Shown here: piece after piece, positions 26,275 through 39,397 of the stretch | Layout: each line of letters begins with the position of its first letter | Position numbering within the stretch: the first letter of the stretch is position 1 | Assembly (NCBI GenBank): GCA_010405405.1 | Contig: MU004231.1 | Span: 186,001-250,000, forward strand | DNA: 64,000 nt | Reading direction: 5' to 3' | Origin: Microthyrium microscopicum | Lineage: Eukaryota | Made by a program: the position numbers and the translations under genes | Notes under the pieces: generated by a model | What the model saw: only the letters and a program-made list of their open reading frames with translations | What the model was told of the DNA's origin: nothing | Database searches by the model: none

Positions 26275-26948
26275 TGCTGAATGTATAAGATGGTATCAGA
26301 TGGCGAAAGGCGACAGGTGTCGCGGAAAGAGCAAGTTGGGAGGCTGGCGGATTAAAGCAAGGATGCAGGACGCTGAAGATGGACGATGGCGAACAGTGAT
26401 GACAGTAGCACTACTTTTGTAAAGGAAACTGCTCTGATGAGGTCGGCGTGATTACGGATTGATGAAGCAACGTTGTAACTTGTTGGTGTTGAGTGTCTGG
26501 AAAAAGTATGTTGCCGTCGCAAAGACGACACATGCGCGATTGAAGGTCGAATTCTCCTTACTAAGCCCAGCCACGAGCCAATAAGTGACTAGCGCCATAC
26601 CCCTGTTAGTTCTTGATCTATTTCTCCGTTATCGCCAACCAAGTCCTTGAATAATCAAGTCTCCAGACCATCCTGAAAATTCAAATCGTGTCTCCAGGTC
26701 AATTTTCAATCAATCAATGCTGATTATAGATTCTTGACGCGCCATCTTGGACATAATGAGTCAAATCAGGACACTTCACAGCCTCTCTGACCCTGTACCG
26801 CAAATAAGACCGCCATAATTCATTTATATCACTCTCTAGCTCAGCAGTATATAACGGTTATAACCATAGCGATATTCCCGCAACAACAATACCATCACAC
26901 TTCTATCACTTACCTCACATTCAGAAGTCCCACTGTTAACCGCACATC

Positions 26949-27836
26949 ATGACAACCTTTGCCAAATCAACCTTCTCCGCTGCCTCCTATGCTGCCTTCC
27001 GCCCAACCTACCCTCCCCAACTCTACACCCTCCTCCTCAACTATCACCGCGGCCCACGCACTCTCGTTCTCGACCTCGGCGCCGGCCATGGCCTCATCGC
27101 ACGCGCCCTCGCGCCCTCCTTTGACCGCATAATGTCCACCGACCCATCGCCCAACATGGTCGCGCAAGCAACCGCGCAAACTCCCGCCGACAAGTACCCC
27201 AACGTGAGCTACAAGCAAGCTTCCGCCGAAGACTTGACGTTTCTGCCAGAGAGCAGTGTGGACATGATAGTGAGCGGACAAGCAGCGCACTGGTTCGACT
27301 ATGCGAAAGCATGGCCGCAGATGGCGCGTGTATTACGGCCGGGCGCGACATTGGCGCTGTGGTGCTATAAAGACCATGTGTTCGTCAGCTATCCGCGCGC
27401 ATCAAAAGTCTTCATCGAGTGGATCTATGGTGATTCCAAGGAACGGTTAGGTCCATATTGGGAGCCTGGACGGCAGATAGTGCGGCAAAATTATCGGCCG
27501 ATTCAGCCGCCGAAGAATGTTTTTGATGAGGTTAGTAGGGTGGAGTATGAGCCAGGTACAGAAGGCCCGGGCAGTGGAGAGGGAGATGTGTTGATGCAGA
27601 AGCGCATGACGCTGGGGCAAAGTATGGAGTACATGCGCACGTGGAGTAGTGTGCATGCGTGGCAGGAAGCGAATGGGAATCCAAAGGCACGGAAGGATGG
27701 TGGGGAAGGTGATGTGGTGGATCACATGTATGATGATATGAGAGCGGTGGAGGAGGGAGCATGGAAGGACGATGATATGGAGGTGGATGTGGAATGGGGG
27801 AGCAGTGTGGTATTGGCGAGAAAACGAGAAGGTTGA
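26949..27836 (+). CDS. Class I SAM-dependent methyltransferase (trans-aconitate methyltransferase/Crg1-like)
   Basis: Intronless 295 aa. 'FSAASYAAFRPTYP', 'LDLGAGHG', 'DPSPNM', 'QAAHWFD', 'LRPGATLALW', 'RTWSS'. Confidence 0.88.
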   Translation: MTTFAKSTFSAASYAAFRPTYPPQLYTLLLNYHRGPRTLVLDLGAGHGLIARALAPSFDRIMSTDPSPNMVAQATAQTPADKYPNVSYKQASAEDLTFLPESSVDMIVSGQAAHWFDYAKAWPQMARVLRPGATLALWCYKDHVFVSYPRASKVFIEWIYGDSKERLGPYWEPGRQIVRQNYRPIQPPKNVFDEVSRVEYEPGTEGPGSGEGDVLMQKRMTLGQSMEYMRTWSSVHAWQEANGNPKARKDGGEGDVVDHMYDDMRAVEEGAWKDDDMEVDVEWGSSVVLARKREG

Positions 27837-27953
27837 AGCATCACTAGCTTTCTGGGAGCAATTGTCTGACTACGGATCATCGGTTGATACATGAACAGTA
27901 TTTAGGAAGAAGCCAGGTGTCTTAGGATTGTTAATTTATGTACATGGGTATCA

Positions 27954-29640
27954 TCATTGGAAGCTTTGCTTCAGGATATGGGGCTTTCGTTCTGCGAGGT
28001 CGACAATCATCTGGCCAAATAGACCATTTGCCCAAGAGAACCTGTGTAAAGTTAGTCAGAGCACGATTGATCCTAGAATACTTCACTCACCATTGTCTGG
28101 TCCATTTGTTCACATCAAAGCTGTTAACACTTTCATGTATCAGGCCTAATCCAGCCGTAGACGAAAGTATTCCCTTGAGCGTATCCTTAATCTCATCATC
28201 ATCGTCTGTCGTCAGGATCCTCACAATGCTTGCCATCGGCCAAGCCATTCCTGGACCAACATGCGGCCCTCCAACTGCTGAGATCTTGGGTCCCCTCATG
28301 AAATATGGGTTCTCCTTGGAGAGAATCAGCTTGCGCGTATTCTGGTATACTTGATCCTTCTTGTCCAAGAATCCCAAGAATGGCGCCGAAAGTAGTGACG
28401 GTACATTGGCATCGTCCATGATTGTTGAGGAGCCAAATCCATCCACTTCATATGCGTATATGCGCCCATATTGAGGATGCGAAACGATGCCATGCTGTTG
28501 TACCGCTTCGCGTACGTTCTTAGCCAGCGTAGCCATGCGCGCTGCCAGTTCACTTTGCCCAGGAATCTTAGCCATGATTTCGGCACTGCTTGCAAGATAT
28601 CGGGAAAACATCATATTGGCGGGCACGAAAAGTTGGTAAATTGTAGCATCGTCGCTAGGTCGGAAAGCACTGCGGATCATTCCAGTACCGTTATTGACCG
28701 GATTACCGATACCTCCATTCGACAATGTCTCAGTGGCGCGATCGGTCTGGCGCATCATGGTGTATGGGCTGACGAGAACAGCACCGTCGGCACCATAGGT
28801 AGGCGTCATCATATCAGTGGCCGCCTTGAGGATTGCGTTCACAGCCTTGACCCATTTGTATTTACCAAAGAACTCGGCGTCCTTGGTGACCTGGTAGTAT
28901 TCGGTAGAAACTTGAAAAAACGCGGCCATGGAGTCGAGCTCGTATTTACACTCCCACACGATCTTTGGATCGGGATCGGGAGTGACAATGTCAGTCGCAA
29001 AGCCAGTATTGACGTTTATGGGTACACCGGATCCCAACGGTGGTTGGAAAGAGTTGCAATACGGTTCTTTGAGGAGATATCGTGCTTGGAGATTGATGAC
29101 GCCTCGATATAGACTAGCCAGTGAGTTCTTGTCTGCCGATGCTTTCATTAAAGATAGATAAGACTGAACCTGGTTGGAGCTGTCTCGAATCCACATCGCG
29201 TTGATATCTCCTGTAATGACAAACGTCAATTCTTCGTCAGTTCCATTGGCGACGCCATGCCATCGAATCGCAGTGTCGAGAGTATTTGGGTATGTATTCT
29301 CGAATAGTCTTGCAAGATCCGGATCCTTGATCACGCCTTTGATCTCTTGAATCTTCTTCTCTACCTCCGCGAGCCTGAATGTCCGACAGTCTGGCGAAGG
29401 CCTTTGGTATGGAAGGTTATAGGTGCCATTCGTGAAGGGCTCGTGCGTGACCGATGAGTATGCGGAGTAGTCTGGACAATCCACCAACTTTGCAGCTACT
29501 GGAGTGATTATTGATGGCGAGAATGCCAGGAAGCGCACCAAGAGAATGCCCAGCAGTAATGGAAATGACATGGCGATGGCAATGAGAGCGATGAGGTCGA
29601 CCAGAACGCTCCGTCGACTGCTTTTTCTGATGACGGACAT
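27954..29640 (-). CDS. Glycoside hydrolase family 125 (DUF1237, exo-alpha-1,6-mannosidase-like), secreted or membrane-anchored
   Basis: '[12 protein letters not shown]', '[12 protein letters not shown]', 'KYELDS', 'AFRPSDD', '[10 protein letters not shown]', 'GGPH..WPM'; last exon after intron ~28090-28042 gives '[13 protein letters not shown]'. Start could be 29640 or a downstream ATG. Confidence 0.9.
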
Positions 29641-30462
29641 GCGCAAATAAAGAAAGCAAATTATATGCCCCAGTCGGGACGTGCTAGTTCCACAATATCC
29701 GGATCGAGTTCAAGGTTCCAGAGGATTGATCAAATGACAGTCGGCAAACGCATGTTCCCGCTAACAATGAAGGCAAGGGTGCGGCAATTACGGTATGTTC
29801 CTTCGAGACTTCCGAATCTGGTAATTCAGAAGGTGTTTGCCATGAATTTTGGGTTGCACCTTCTGCGCAAACATGGAACGGAAAATCTTCCTGCTTTCCT
29901 ATGAGGCTCTTGTGACATGTTGATCGGCGTATATAATGGTGTGTCCTATAGCTTGTGTTTGTCAAATTGGAATCGATCTAACAAGGGCTCAGCGTCAATT
30001 ATTGCAGCGGGGTATCAATTAGAGTAACCATTTGAACGACCAAACAAACTACCGAGTTTAGATTGGGGCCGTCAATGGAAACGCGACCGGGTTTTGTAGG
30101 ATACTGAGATATCGGGGATCTTGGATACATGTACTAGAAGGTAAGCGCAATCGGATTACAGAAACCACTGTCAAGGACATAAAAAGGCAGTGATGTACTT
30201 GACCCATTGCCCTATACCATGTTCATCTTTGTATATCTCGCAAATCAATGATTGGCGGTAGGGCCCGCTTGGGACGCAGTTCGGAAACATTCCCAGGACT
30301 TGCTCAATCATGTTTGTATATGATTCTGTTTGTTCATTTAGGTATTTAGTTTAGCATTACATTCGTAAGTTACCATATCCGCTCCCTTTTTGAGTTAACC
30401 TGTCTGTCGCTGGAATATATAGATAGGAATAAATTCGTCCAGAGGCGTCTAGGGTAGTGCGC

Positions 30463-33047
30463 CTATTGGAGACCGAGTTCTTTGTAGAAAGCTTCTGTAC
30501 TGGGCTTGCGGCCTAAGAAATCCTCCAGAGTTTGCATCTCCTCTTGGCTGCCTCCTTTTTCGAGGACAGTGTGGCGATATCTTCGACCTTCTTTGGGGTT
30601 CATGGGGTCTGGCTTGAACACACTGAAGAACATGTCTGTGGAATATACCTGCGAGCTAATGGAAAGGTTAGCAGGAGAAACCGCTGAAATGTGAGAAATA
30701 AGCATACCTGAGGTAACCATAGTATCCTGCATCATAGCCACCAATTAGATGGCCAAAGGTGGCTTGGCCGTGTCCCCAGCTGTAGTCTTCTTTCTCGCCC
30801 TCCATTTCTGGGCCATCAATTTTGCTGATGTCTTTCCTTAACTTGTTGTACAGCGCACTGGCGTCAAGGTTGACAACATCTTCGTGCGTCTTGGGTTCGT
30901 GAACTGTCATGTCAAAGATACCAAAGTGAAGTTGTCGTAAGTTGAACAGAGCGTCGTTCACATGCTTGGTCTTGATGATACTCTCAATGATATCATCTGG
31001 GATGGTTTCCGACGGCTTGGTGGAAGTACCGGAGGTTTTGGCCCATTCTTCCGCAAATTGTGGATCCACATACGAATAATGTTTGCTGAGGCTCTTGAGT
31101 TGCGATGGAGTCCAGCACCAGTTTTCGAGCATCTGGGAAGGAGCTTCAACAAAATCTCGAACGGTATTGGTTCCATGGAAACGACTATATGTAGTTCGGG
31201 ATACGAGATCATGAATTCCGTGGCCTAGCTCATGGAAAAGAGTCACTACTTCATCATGCTTGAGAAGCGACGGTTTCTTGGGAGATGGCTTGCTAAAGTT
31301 GCAAACCAATGCTGTTGCAGGATATCGACGTTTGCCGTTGTGGTCAATATACCCTGGAGAGAGATTGAAGTTGGCGGCGTGTCCGTATTTGCCATCTCGA
31401 GGGAATAGATCCAGGTAGAGATAGCCGACGAAGCCACTGCCCTCTCCTTCGTCATCCCAGACGCTGAATACCTGCACATCTTTATGCCAAACAATGTCAT
31501 CTCCTTCTCCGGTTGGGGAGACAGCATCGCGGTCAGCACCGACTAGCTCAACAAAGACCATTCCGAATATCTGCTCGAAGATATGTAGCATGCCGCGAAT
31601 AGTGCTGTCAAGAGGGAAGTATTCAGCAATCTTCTCTTGATCAAGAGAGAAGTCCTTCTCAAGCATCAATCTATCGTAGTATCTGTGGTCCCAGAGGTAG
31701 TAATTGCCATCATCGTACTGAGAAAGTCCATTGGATCCCAGATCTGTCTTCTTGAGGTCATAGAGAGCCTTCTTCTCGGACAGACCACCTGGAGCAAGTC
31801 GGGACCGGAGATCGTTTAGAAAATCGTCCACGGTTTTGGGGGTCTTGGCCATCTTATCTTCGATGCGAAATTCTGCATGGTTGTTGTACCCGAGAATGCG
31901 GGCAGCCTCGTCTCGTAGAACAATCGTCTCTTTGAAAAGTTGTATGTTCGCGTTGCACTTGTTCTCGTTGGCAACGAACAGGTTTTTTCGGAGGGTGGGG
32001 TTCTTGGCGTATTTGAGAGTTGGAAAGAGATCGGGATACTTGAATGTTAGCCAAACTTTGCCTTCATTATCACCCTCGCCTTTCTTCAGGCCAGACACAA
32101 GATCTTTTGGCACGCCATCCAACTCTTTTTCGGTAAACCAGAGGCCACCATTTTCTTCGTTGAGGGTCTTTTGAAACTTGATGGAGATTTCGCTCAGCCG
32201 TTTCTTGATTTCCTTGAATCGGTCTCGTTTGGGACCTGGAGGTACGCCAAGTCCGTATCTGACGTAGCCCTTGTGATCCTTTTCCAGCAATCTCCTAGAC
32301 TCGGGGTCTAGTTTCTCGTTCTTCTTCAACACAGCAGCTACGAGGTTGAAGACATCATCCCGCATGGCAGATTCAATGCCAAAGTCATCCATCTCCTTCT
32401 CTGCATCCGATGAGGCATCGCGTAGTTTCTGATCAGTAGAGACTGCCTGGTAGAACCCAATGATGTGGGACTCGAGGGACATTTCATTGTCGTCTCGAGC
32501 TCGTGGAAGTATGACATTCTCGAAGGTGGCATTTTCTGGCGTGACAGATTTGACGATGTCGTCCTGAATCTTTTTGGATTGGGCAATCTGTGGGATCTCA
32601 GTTAGCTTCCGGAGCTTTGGGGTATGGAGCTTCCATAGTACGTACCAATCGGAAGGTATCAGATATCAAAGACTCTGGGGTAGCTGTGAACACCGGAGGA
32701 GCCTGTGGAGGCTTCTGATATTGTGCGGGAGCCATACTCGAAGTTGTAATGGGACTATTTGGTAGAGGTCGTGGTCCTGGGTAGATGGGGAGGGGTAAAG
32801 GTAGCTGAACTCGGCTGGGTAGGGATGCAGTGCCGCCAACTAAGTATCTCAAGTGAGCACCAAACCTTGTGGACGCCAGCGTGAATGCAATGATTGCGCA
32901 AACAATTATGCTCGCAATAACGGGACGAGATCGGAGTAGAGATGCCACTTTGGATTGGAAACGTGTGTAGAGCTTGTTTGGTGCAGAAACTGGTGCTGGG
33001 AGCAAGTTGTCGAAGGAGCGCGAGCGCCTAGGTTTTCGAGGATCCAT
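30463..33047 (-). CDS. M3 family thimet/saccharolysin-like metallo-oligopeptidase (MepB/Prd1-like)
   Basis: HExxH 'FHELGHGIH', 'RDFVEAPSQMLENW', 'GYDAGYYGYL'; introns near 32645-32588 and 30707-30649. Conserved start MAPAQY at 32735; in-frame upstream ATG at 33047. Confidence 0.92.
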
Positions 33048-34471
33048 TTGCGGGTTGCATGCCCAGCCCCCAGCGCAGCGAACTGCGTGATTGGGACTCT
33101 TACGCGGGGCAAGACTACCAGATGGAGTGATATATGTGAAGGAATATATGCGTAGACGGGAAGTCTTCACTCACGACATGTTCCTAAAAGAAGGATAACA
33201 AATGGCCTCATCTTTGCGACCAAGACGAAACCAAGGGAGCCGGCCACTGCAGGATCTCTGCTATCTTATGTAGGGTGGTGTGCCAGATGCAGAAGCGCGC
33301 AGGATGAATGCAGATGAATGGGCTAATTCCTCGGGAAGCTTGACACTGCCACCGTCGACTTCAAACCTTGCGCTAATTCTACTCTACAGAGGAGCAATGC
33401 CATCTCCATCTTAACCACGAGGCTGATACTCAAACACCTTGGCCCATGCGAGAGATCCTTGGAAGTTGAAGGTTGCGCCCAAGGAGGGACCATGGGAGTG
33501 TTGCTAGGAAGGAGTCTATCTGCTTTGGGCCCTTGGGGCTCTGCTGCGTGTACAACGAATCACTTTCAATGCTGGACGCTATTTCTGGCTCAGTAAATAT
33601 AGTATCATGTTGATTCGTTCTTTGGGAATGTCAACTCGTTGGCGCTTGACCATTATTCTGTTTGCGCCGACCTGTTCTTTCACCAGACCAGCGCTTAAGC
33701 GCTGTGATTTCCCTAAATGTCAATGGTAACACAGCCATTGCGCCTACTGCTACTGCCGTTTCCCTAAAGACATGCCTTGGTGTGGGGTTGTTTTGATGTA
33801 GATCATATCGATATCCCTTTCCATACAACTCAGTGTACCGCTTCAATTTAGAGTCTAGCACTTCGACTAATTAGGCCAGAAGGCCGAAAATGTACAACGA
33901 CTAGTAAATACAGAGTCGTAGTCATTTACATCGTCAGTAGATTCGTCTTTTTTCGGGACTACCGCTCTGATTGCATCACATATGCCCAGCAGCGCCTTTG
34001 TATAACCAATATATGTCTAGGCATCGGGTTGGGCAGTTTGAAGTATATTTCAGCCGCCGTCAAACCACTTAAGGATAAAGCTTGTTGAGCAGCTAGCCGT
34101 GCAACAAACTGCCTTTGCAAGTGAACTCTGACATGCTTCGGCGATGAAATCCTCAAAGTATGTATTGACCATGCTGAGCTGTTCGCGCACCACTCCATAG
34201 AAGATATGCTTAGGTATGGAGGGCAAGAAAACAATGGATAAAGCCGCATGATTCCGATTACTGTTTTTCTTATTAGGACTCTCAATCATTTTGAGATCAA
34301 CTTGATGCTCATGCTTATGTCAAGCACAACACCACGAATGTGCTATACCCAAACTGGAAGGCACGATGTTCTCACGTGACTGATGCCTTGAACGCGACTT
34401 CAAGGTTCGACGCGTCCCTCGACTTCATCCCATTGCCTCGCCACCATTGGAAAACTGTCCGATCCGACCAT

Positions 34472-36019
34472 ATGGTTTACAAAATGGACGTTAATCATTA
34501 CGTCAGTGAGAACATCAAACCATCTGAGACTTCTGACCGAACCTCAAATCAACAACATCGACGGGAGGTACAGCACCTCAAAGTCGGTCGAGGTGATCGT
34601 AGAGCCCATCTTAGCCAGGGCCCAAATACTTCCCGTACTGTTCAGCAGCCTCACAAAGCTGTTGCAAAACAGACGCAAGGCAACAATCAGCCAGCGCCCA
34701 TAGATTCTGCGGCCACGATGACTAGTGAGGAGTTAAACCAAATCATTCAAAGCGCACCAGGAATGTCTATCAATCCTAACCTCTACAAAAACTCAGACAA
34801 TCATGGACAATCTCGTCACCAAGCGCAATACCCTCATGGGCATAGCTACGAAGCTGAAGTGTACGCTGCACAACAACCACCCAATGGCAAAACCCGTCAC
34901 GCCATTCGAGACCTTGGGGCCTTGGAAACCGCTACCGGCATCAAATATGGCGGTGTAGAAGATCTTCAAGCCACGAAATATGATGGCGAGGAAGACGAAG
35001 TGGAAGGCGAAGGTGAAGACGAGGACGAAAGCGAATCTGAAGATGAGGATGGGCAAGATGGTGCATTTCATGTTGCTGATGACCAAGAAGAATTTGATGA
35101 TGGATCTGACGCTGAGCCCCGAACAGTAGTTCTTGCCCTCGATCCTGAATCACCTCTACAGCAGCGTCAACAAGCAGGTTTCATCCCACCCAAGCATGTA
35201 TCAGCCCAACATTTCAGCAATCCTACGTCACAGAACCCCGTTCGTGAGGTTAGGACTGCTACTGGAGGTCAGCGGCAATCAGCCAACCCTCAATACGCCC
35301 AACATCATGCACAGAATGCCCGCGCAGAATCTCAACGCCAAACCCAGCAAGCTATCGATAACGGCGCTCTGCGTTCAAATTCGCCTGCTTTCGCTATGCA
35401 TGGAGGCCCACCATACCAAGGACAAGAATCTCCTAGACATCCAAAGCAGGCTCCCAAACCAGCGGTTAATCGTGGACCGGCCGATAACCATGTTGCAGGT
35501 GAAAAGCGTGGCCACCGCGTTGCCTTCACCGAAAAGTCTCAAATGATCAATGGCTCTGGTCTAGATCCGGTTGAGGCTGCAGAGATCAATCTCGACTACT
35601 CTCTCGAAGAACTGAAGGATCTGAACTACTCGGACCTCAACAACCAAGACTTTGATGTTGATCCGAAAGCCACCAGAGCAACCGAACGTGTAGAAGGTGA
35701 TGCATTGAAGCATCAGCTGGAGAAAGGGCTCGCATTGTCCGATGACAAGAAAAAGCAATTCTTCAATAGTCTGACGATTGATCAATGGGACGAGTCAGGA
35801 GATTGGTTCCTCGAGCAGTATGGAGGACTACTCCAGAAGATGCGAGAAGCGCGAAAGGCAAAACGCGACCTTGCGCAGAAATTCGAGAAGCAAGTTGCTG
35901 AGCGACAGGATGCTGTAGAGGCTCGCAAAGGGGGCATTATGAATGTCCTTGGCGAGATGAAAAAGAGTGGACAAGTTGTTCTGAAGGCACAGCCCAATCA
36001 TGGAAACAAGACGGAATGA
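34472..36019 (+). CDS. ECM11-domain protein
   Basis: Intronless; long disordered Q/E-rich N-terminus and C-terminal 'LDYSLEELKDLNYSDL..DFDVDP..FFNSLTIDQWDESGDWFL..KMREARKAKR..FEKQVAER' recognised as the ECM11 domain. Confidence 0.75.
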   Translation: MVYKMDVNHYVSENIKPSETSDRTSNQQHRREVQHLKVGRGDRRAHLSQGPNTSRTVQQPHKAVAKQTQGNNQPAPIDSAATMTSEELNQIIQSAPGMSINPNLYKNSDNHGQSRHQAQYPHGHSYEAEVYAAQQPPNGKTRHAIRDLGALETATGIKYGGVEDLQATKYDGEEDEVEGEGEDEDESESEDEDGQDGAFHVADDQEEFDDGSDAEPRTVVLALDPESPLQQRQQAGFIPPKHVSAQHFSNPTSQNPVREVRTATGGQRQSANPQYAQHHAQNARAESQRQTQQAIDNGALRSNSPAFAMHGGPPYQGQESPRHPKQAPKPAVNRGPADNHVAGEKRGHRVAFTEKSQMINGSGLDPVEAAEINLDYSLEELKDLNYSDLNNQDFDVDPKATRATERVEGDALKHQLEKGLALSDDKKKQFFNSLTIDQWDESGDWFLEQYGGLLQKMREARKAKRDLAQKFEKQVAERQDAVEARKGGIMNVLGEMKKSGQVVLKAQPNHGNKTE

Positions 36020-36603
36020 ACTTGGTTGAATGGGTGCAAGAGGCAGCTTTGCTTGTCGACCTGTCTCTTCGGTACCACGTGTGGAAAAAGTGTATAGGCT
36101 ACATCTGACTTGGTCATTTTGTGGTGTCGAAATTGTTTCGCGATTATGGATGTAGCATATTTGAGCAAGGCGCAACGGCAGATACCCAGAGAATAGATAT
36201 ATCATGGAATTTATGTAAAGTCACCTTCATTTTTCGAGCGTCAACGTGCGCGTTTAGCTGTTGCTTCCACTTGAAGGCGCTATAGTACTTCCAAAGCCGC
36301 GACTTTTGCGCTTCTCATAATTCAGAATGAACGACCACAGCGCTCATCTCAACAGGTCGAATGAAGCTGACATGAGGTACCCCCTCTGCGGATTTAGTCA
36401 TGGCCTCAAGTTAATGATATCATGCTAACTTCATCCTTTCAGCATTGCTTCTATATGTAGGCTTAACGTTATTCTGCCAAACTGAGGCAGCGACTATCGG
36501 TACATAGCCCATTGTTGGTCCTAAGCCTGGCGCGATCTTCCTTTCTTTTTCTCTGTGAAATTAATTAAGAATGTCACTTGTCGCGCTCGAGCTATTTTGA
36601 GTC

Positions 36604-36609
36604 ACGCGT
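36604..36609. promoter_or_regulatory. MluI cell-cycle box (ACGCGT) upstream of NDC80
   Basis: ACGCGT ~400 bp upstream of the NDC80 ATG; another at 34410-34415 upstream of the ECM11-domain gene. Confidence 0.4.
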
Positions 36610-37008
36610 ACAGACGCACCCGGCTAGAAATATAGCAGCCCCTGCTGCTACACTAAGAATCCAAGCTATACCATGCCTCCCATCGAATTATAAATCCTGG
36701 ACTAAAGCTCAAGGTTCCCTTGCTACGTCCACAGATGGTGGCCTTATGGTGGGCGCAAGGCTGAAGCTAGTTAGCCCAAGGTTGTTGATTGGTCATTCTT
36801 CGAGCCAATCAGACCTCAACACATTTAGCGCTAACTATTATTGGAAGTCATGTAAACAAACCCCAAATCCATAAACAATCTTCAATCTTGTCTTCACCAT
36901 TATCACTTCGTAAAGCCTGCCCGCTCCGTCTACGACCGCGCAACCCTTGGATTACAACAACCTGTTTGAACGCGAATCTTCATACTGTGTGCGTAATCCG
37001 GACGCAAA

Positions 37009-39397
37009 ATGTCGGTTCGCCGACCACGCGAGGTAAGTGAATCCAGTATCGTCTTGAGTACTATTTACTAATCTTTTAGACCCTCGGTGGACTGAACGCA
37101 AATACTTCCGCAATTCCTATGCCCACTTCCGCAATGAAGCGCTCAACCTCGACCTCGAATCTACACTCCTCTTCCATGGGCGCGGCGCCAACACATGTCC
37201 GGTCGCATTCTGGATCCCGCATGTCCATGGCCGGGCCGTCGCGTCCTCCACAGCCCAACTTTGCGCGCGCGTCGACAGCCGGCTTTGGAGATATGGCTCC
37301 GCCCATGTCTGCGCAACGACCGTCAAACCTCATGCACAGCGCACGTAAAAGCCTAATGCCTATGGCTACTCCGGCGCGTGGTATGGGCATGCACACGCCT
37401 GGCCCTGATCCCCTTGGTCGAAGAAGCAGCGTCTACTCTGGTCGCCCATCCACAATGAGCGGCGGCATGAATGGTGGTATGGCACAACGCGAATCATTCT
37501 TCTCAACAGCACCGGTGGCGGGAGTTGTGGCAGTTGATCCGCGGCGGCGTGATGCCAGTACGCGCGCGCAGATGGTCCACGAGCTGCAGGAATATTTGCA
37601 GCGCAACAATTTCGAGCTCAAGACGGGAATGGGGTTGACTGGCAAGTCGATGACGAGTCCGACGCAGAAAGAGTTTGCGACGATGTTCAAGTGGCTGTAC
37701 AATCAGGTGGATCCAAGTTATCATTTCCAGAAAAATATGGACGCAGAAATCCCTCCATTACTCAAGCAGTTGCGCTACCCATTTGAGAAGAACATTTCAA
37801 AAAGCGCAATTCAGGCTGTTGGTGGTCAGAACTGGCACACGTTTCTTGGAATGTTGCATTGGTTGATGCAATTGGCGCAGATGATGGAGGCGTACACCAC
37901 TGGTAATTTCGATTACGCTTGCATGGAGGCGGGTCTTGATGTCAAGAGCGATCGTATCATCTATCAGTTCATGACAGAGAGCTACTCGGCTTGGTTGCAG
38001 GTTGATGATAGTGCACCAGACGATGAGGCGGACAAGGTCGTCAAGATGTATGTGGATCGCATGGACAAAGATTTCCGCGAAGTCAACAAGGACCTGGTCG
38101 CCGACGTAGAAATGCTAGAGGCTGACAAGAAGGGACTTGAAGAGCAGATTGCAGACTTGGAACAGGAAGCCAACTACGGCCAAAGATTGGACGAACTGGT
38201 GGAAGTCATCAACTCTGATATCGCCAAATACAGCACCTACATTGACAAGATCGAGAGCCGACGCAAGCGTACTGAAGAAAATATCAAGAACATCAACGAT
38301 GACCTCAACAAGATTGAGGACGAACTCGCCAAAGCGGAAGCAGAAAAGTCCGAATATCAACAGACTCTCAGTTCCCATGGAATCACCATGCAGGATCTCG
38401 ATCGTATGACGACCGAGATGGAGCGTCTGGAACAAGCGAAGGCTGCCATAGTTGCACGAAGTGACGAATTGCGAATGCGACTCACCGACAAAGAGCTGGA
38501 TGCATCTCGAAAGCTGGATGAATTGGAGCAACTGACCACGACCTACAATTCTTTGGCACACAAAATAGGCCTCATTCCATCCACAGCACCAAACGCTAAA
38601 GGTCAATCGTTTGAGCTTTCATTGACCATAAATCCGACACCAGACTTCGACCTCTCACAATCACAAGCTCCATCCACACGATTACTCAAGGACTCATCAA
38701 ATGGCTACATGCCATATCAACTTCTCAATCTAGACCTCAATGGTATTGTTCGTCCAGCCATCACATCTCTTCGCAAGGAAATCAGCGACCGACAAGATCG
38801 TGCTCTGGAGGAACATCTGCAAAATCACACCTTGGTAGACGGAGTAAACGAGGCGCTAGAGTACGCGCAGGGCGAAGTCAACAGCCTCCACGCTCGAATC
38901 CGTGCCGCAGAAGAGGAACTCGACAAGACCCAAGAAACCACAACAACAAAAAAGATGCAGTCCGAGGCACATATCGAGCGCATAGAAAAGGAGCTAGCCA
39001 AACTACGACAAGGTCTGACTGAAACCATCCAGTCCATGGAACAGCGAGAGATTGCAACAAATCTAGAGTACGTTCCTATCTCCCATCCCACTCACAGTTT
39101 TCAAAGCAACATATTTTCTAACAAGATCACAGATACGAACAACTCACCATCCGAGCCACAAGTCTCCGCGAAGAACTACACACTCAAATCGAGCGGATCC
39201 TCAACGACGTCATCAAATTTAAAATCAACATCCAAAAGAAACTCGAAGCCTACGAAGAGTTTGTCCTAGAAGAAGTCCACCAAGAAGACACAAGAGTGAA
39301 GCGCGGAGAAGATAGTTTCGCTGACGAGCCCAAGGTAGAGCAGCAAGAAGCCACTTTAGGCGCGGAAGAAGATATTGATATGAGTGGCATGGAATAG
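37009..39397 (+). CDS. NDC80: Kinetochore protein Ndc80/HEC1
   Basis: Exons 37009-37032, 37080-39068, 39133-39397. CH domain '[45 protein letters not shown]', long coiled coil with loop, '[17 protein letters not shown]'. Confidence 0.93.

Noticed and set aside
18867..29640. BTA1 + AKR + methyltransferase + GH125 as a metabolic gene cluster
   Set aside because: No backbone enzyme (PKS/NRPS/terpene synthase), interrupted by housekeeping RER1, and no shared pathway logic.
33200..34340. Short minus-strand ORFs between the M3 peptidase and the ECM11-domain gene
   Set aside because: No motifs or consistent splice model; likely a divergent promoter region.
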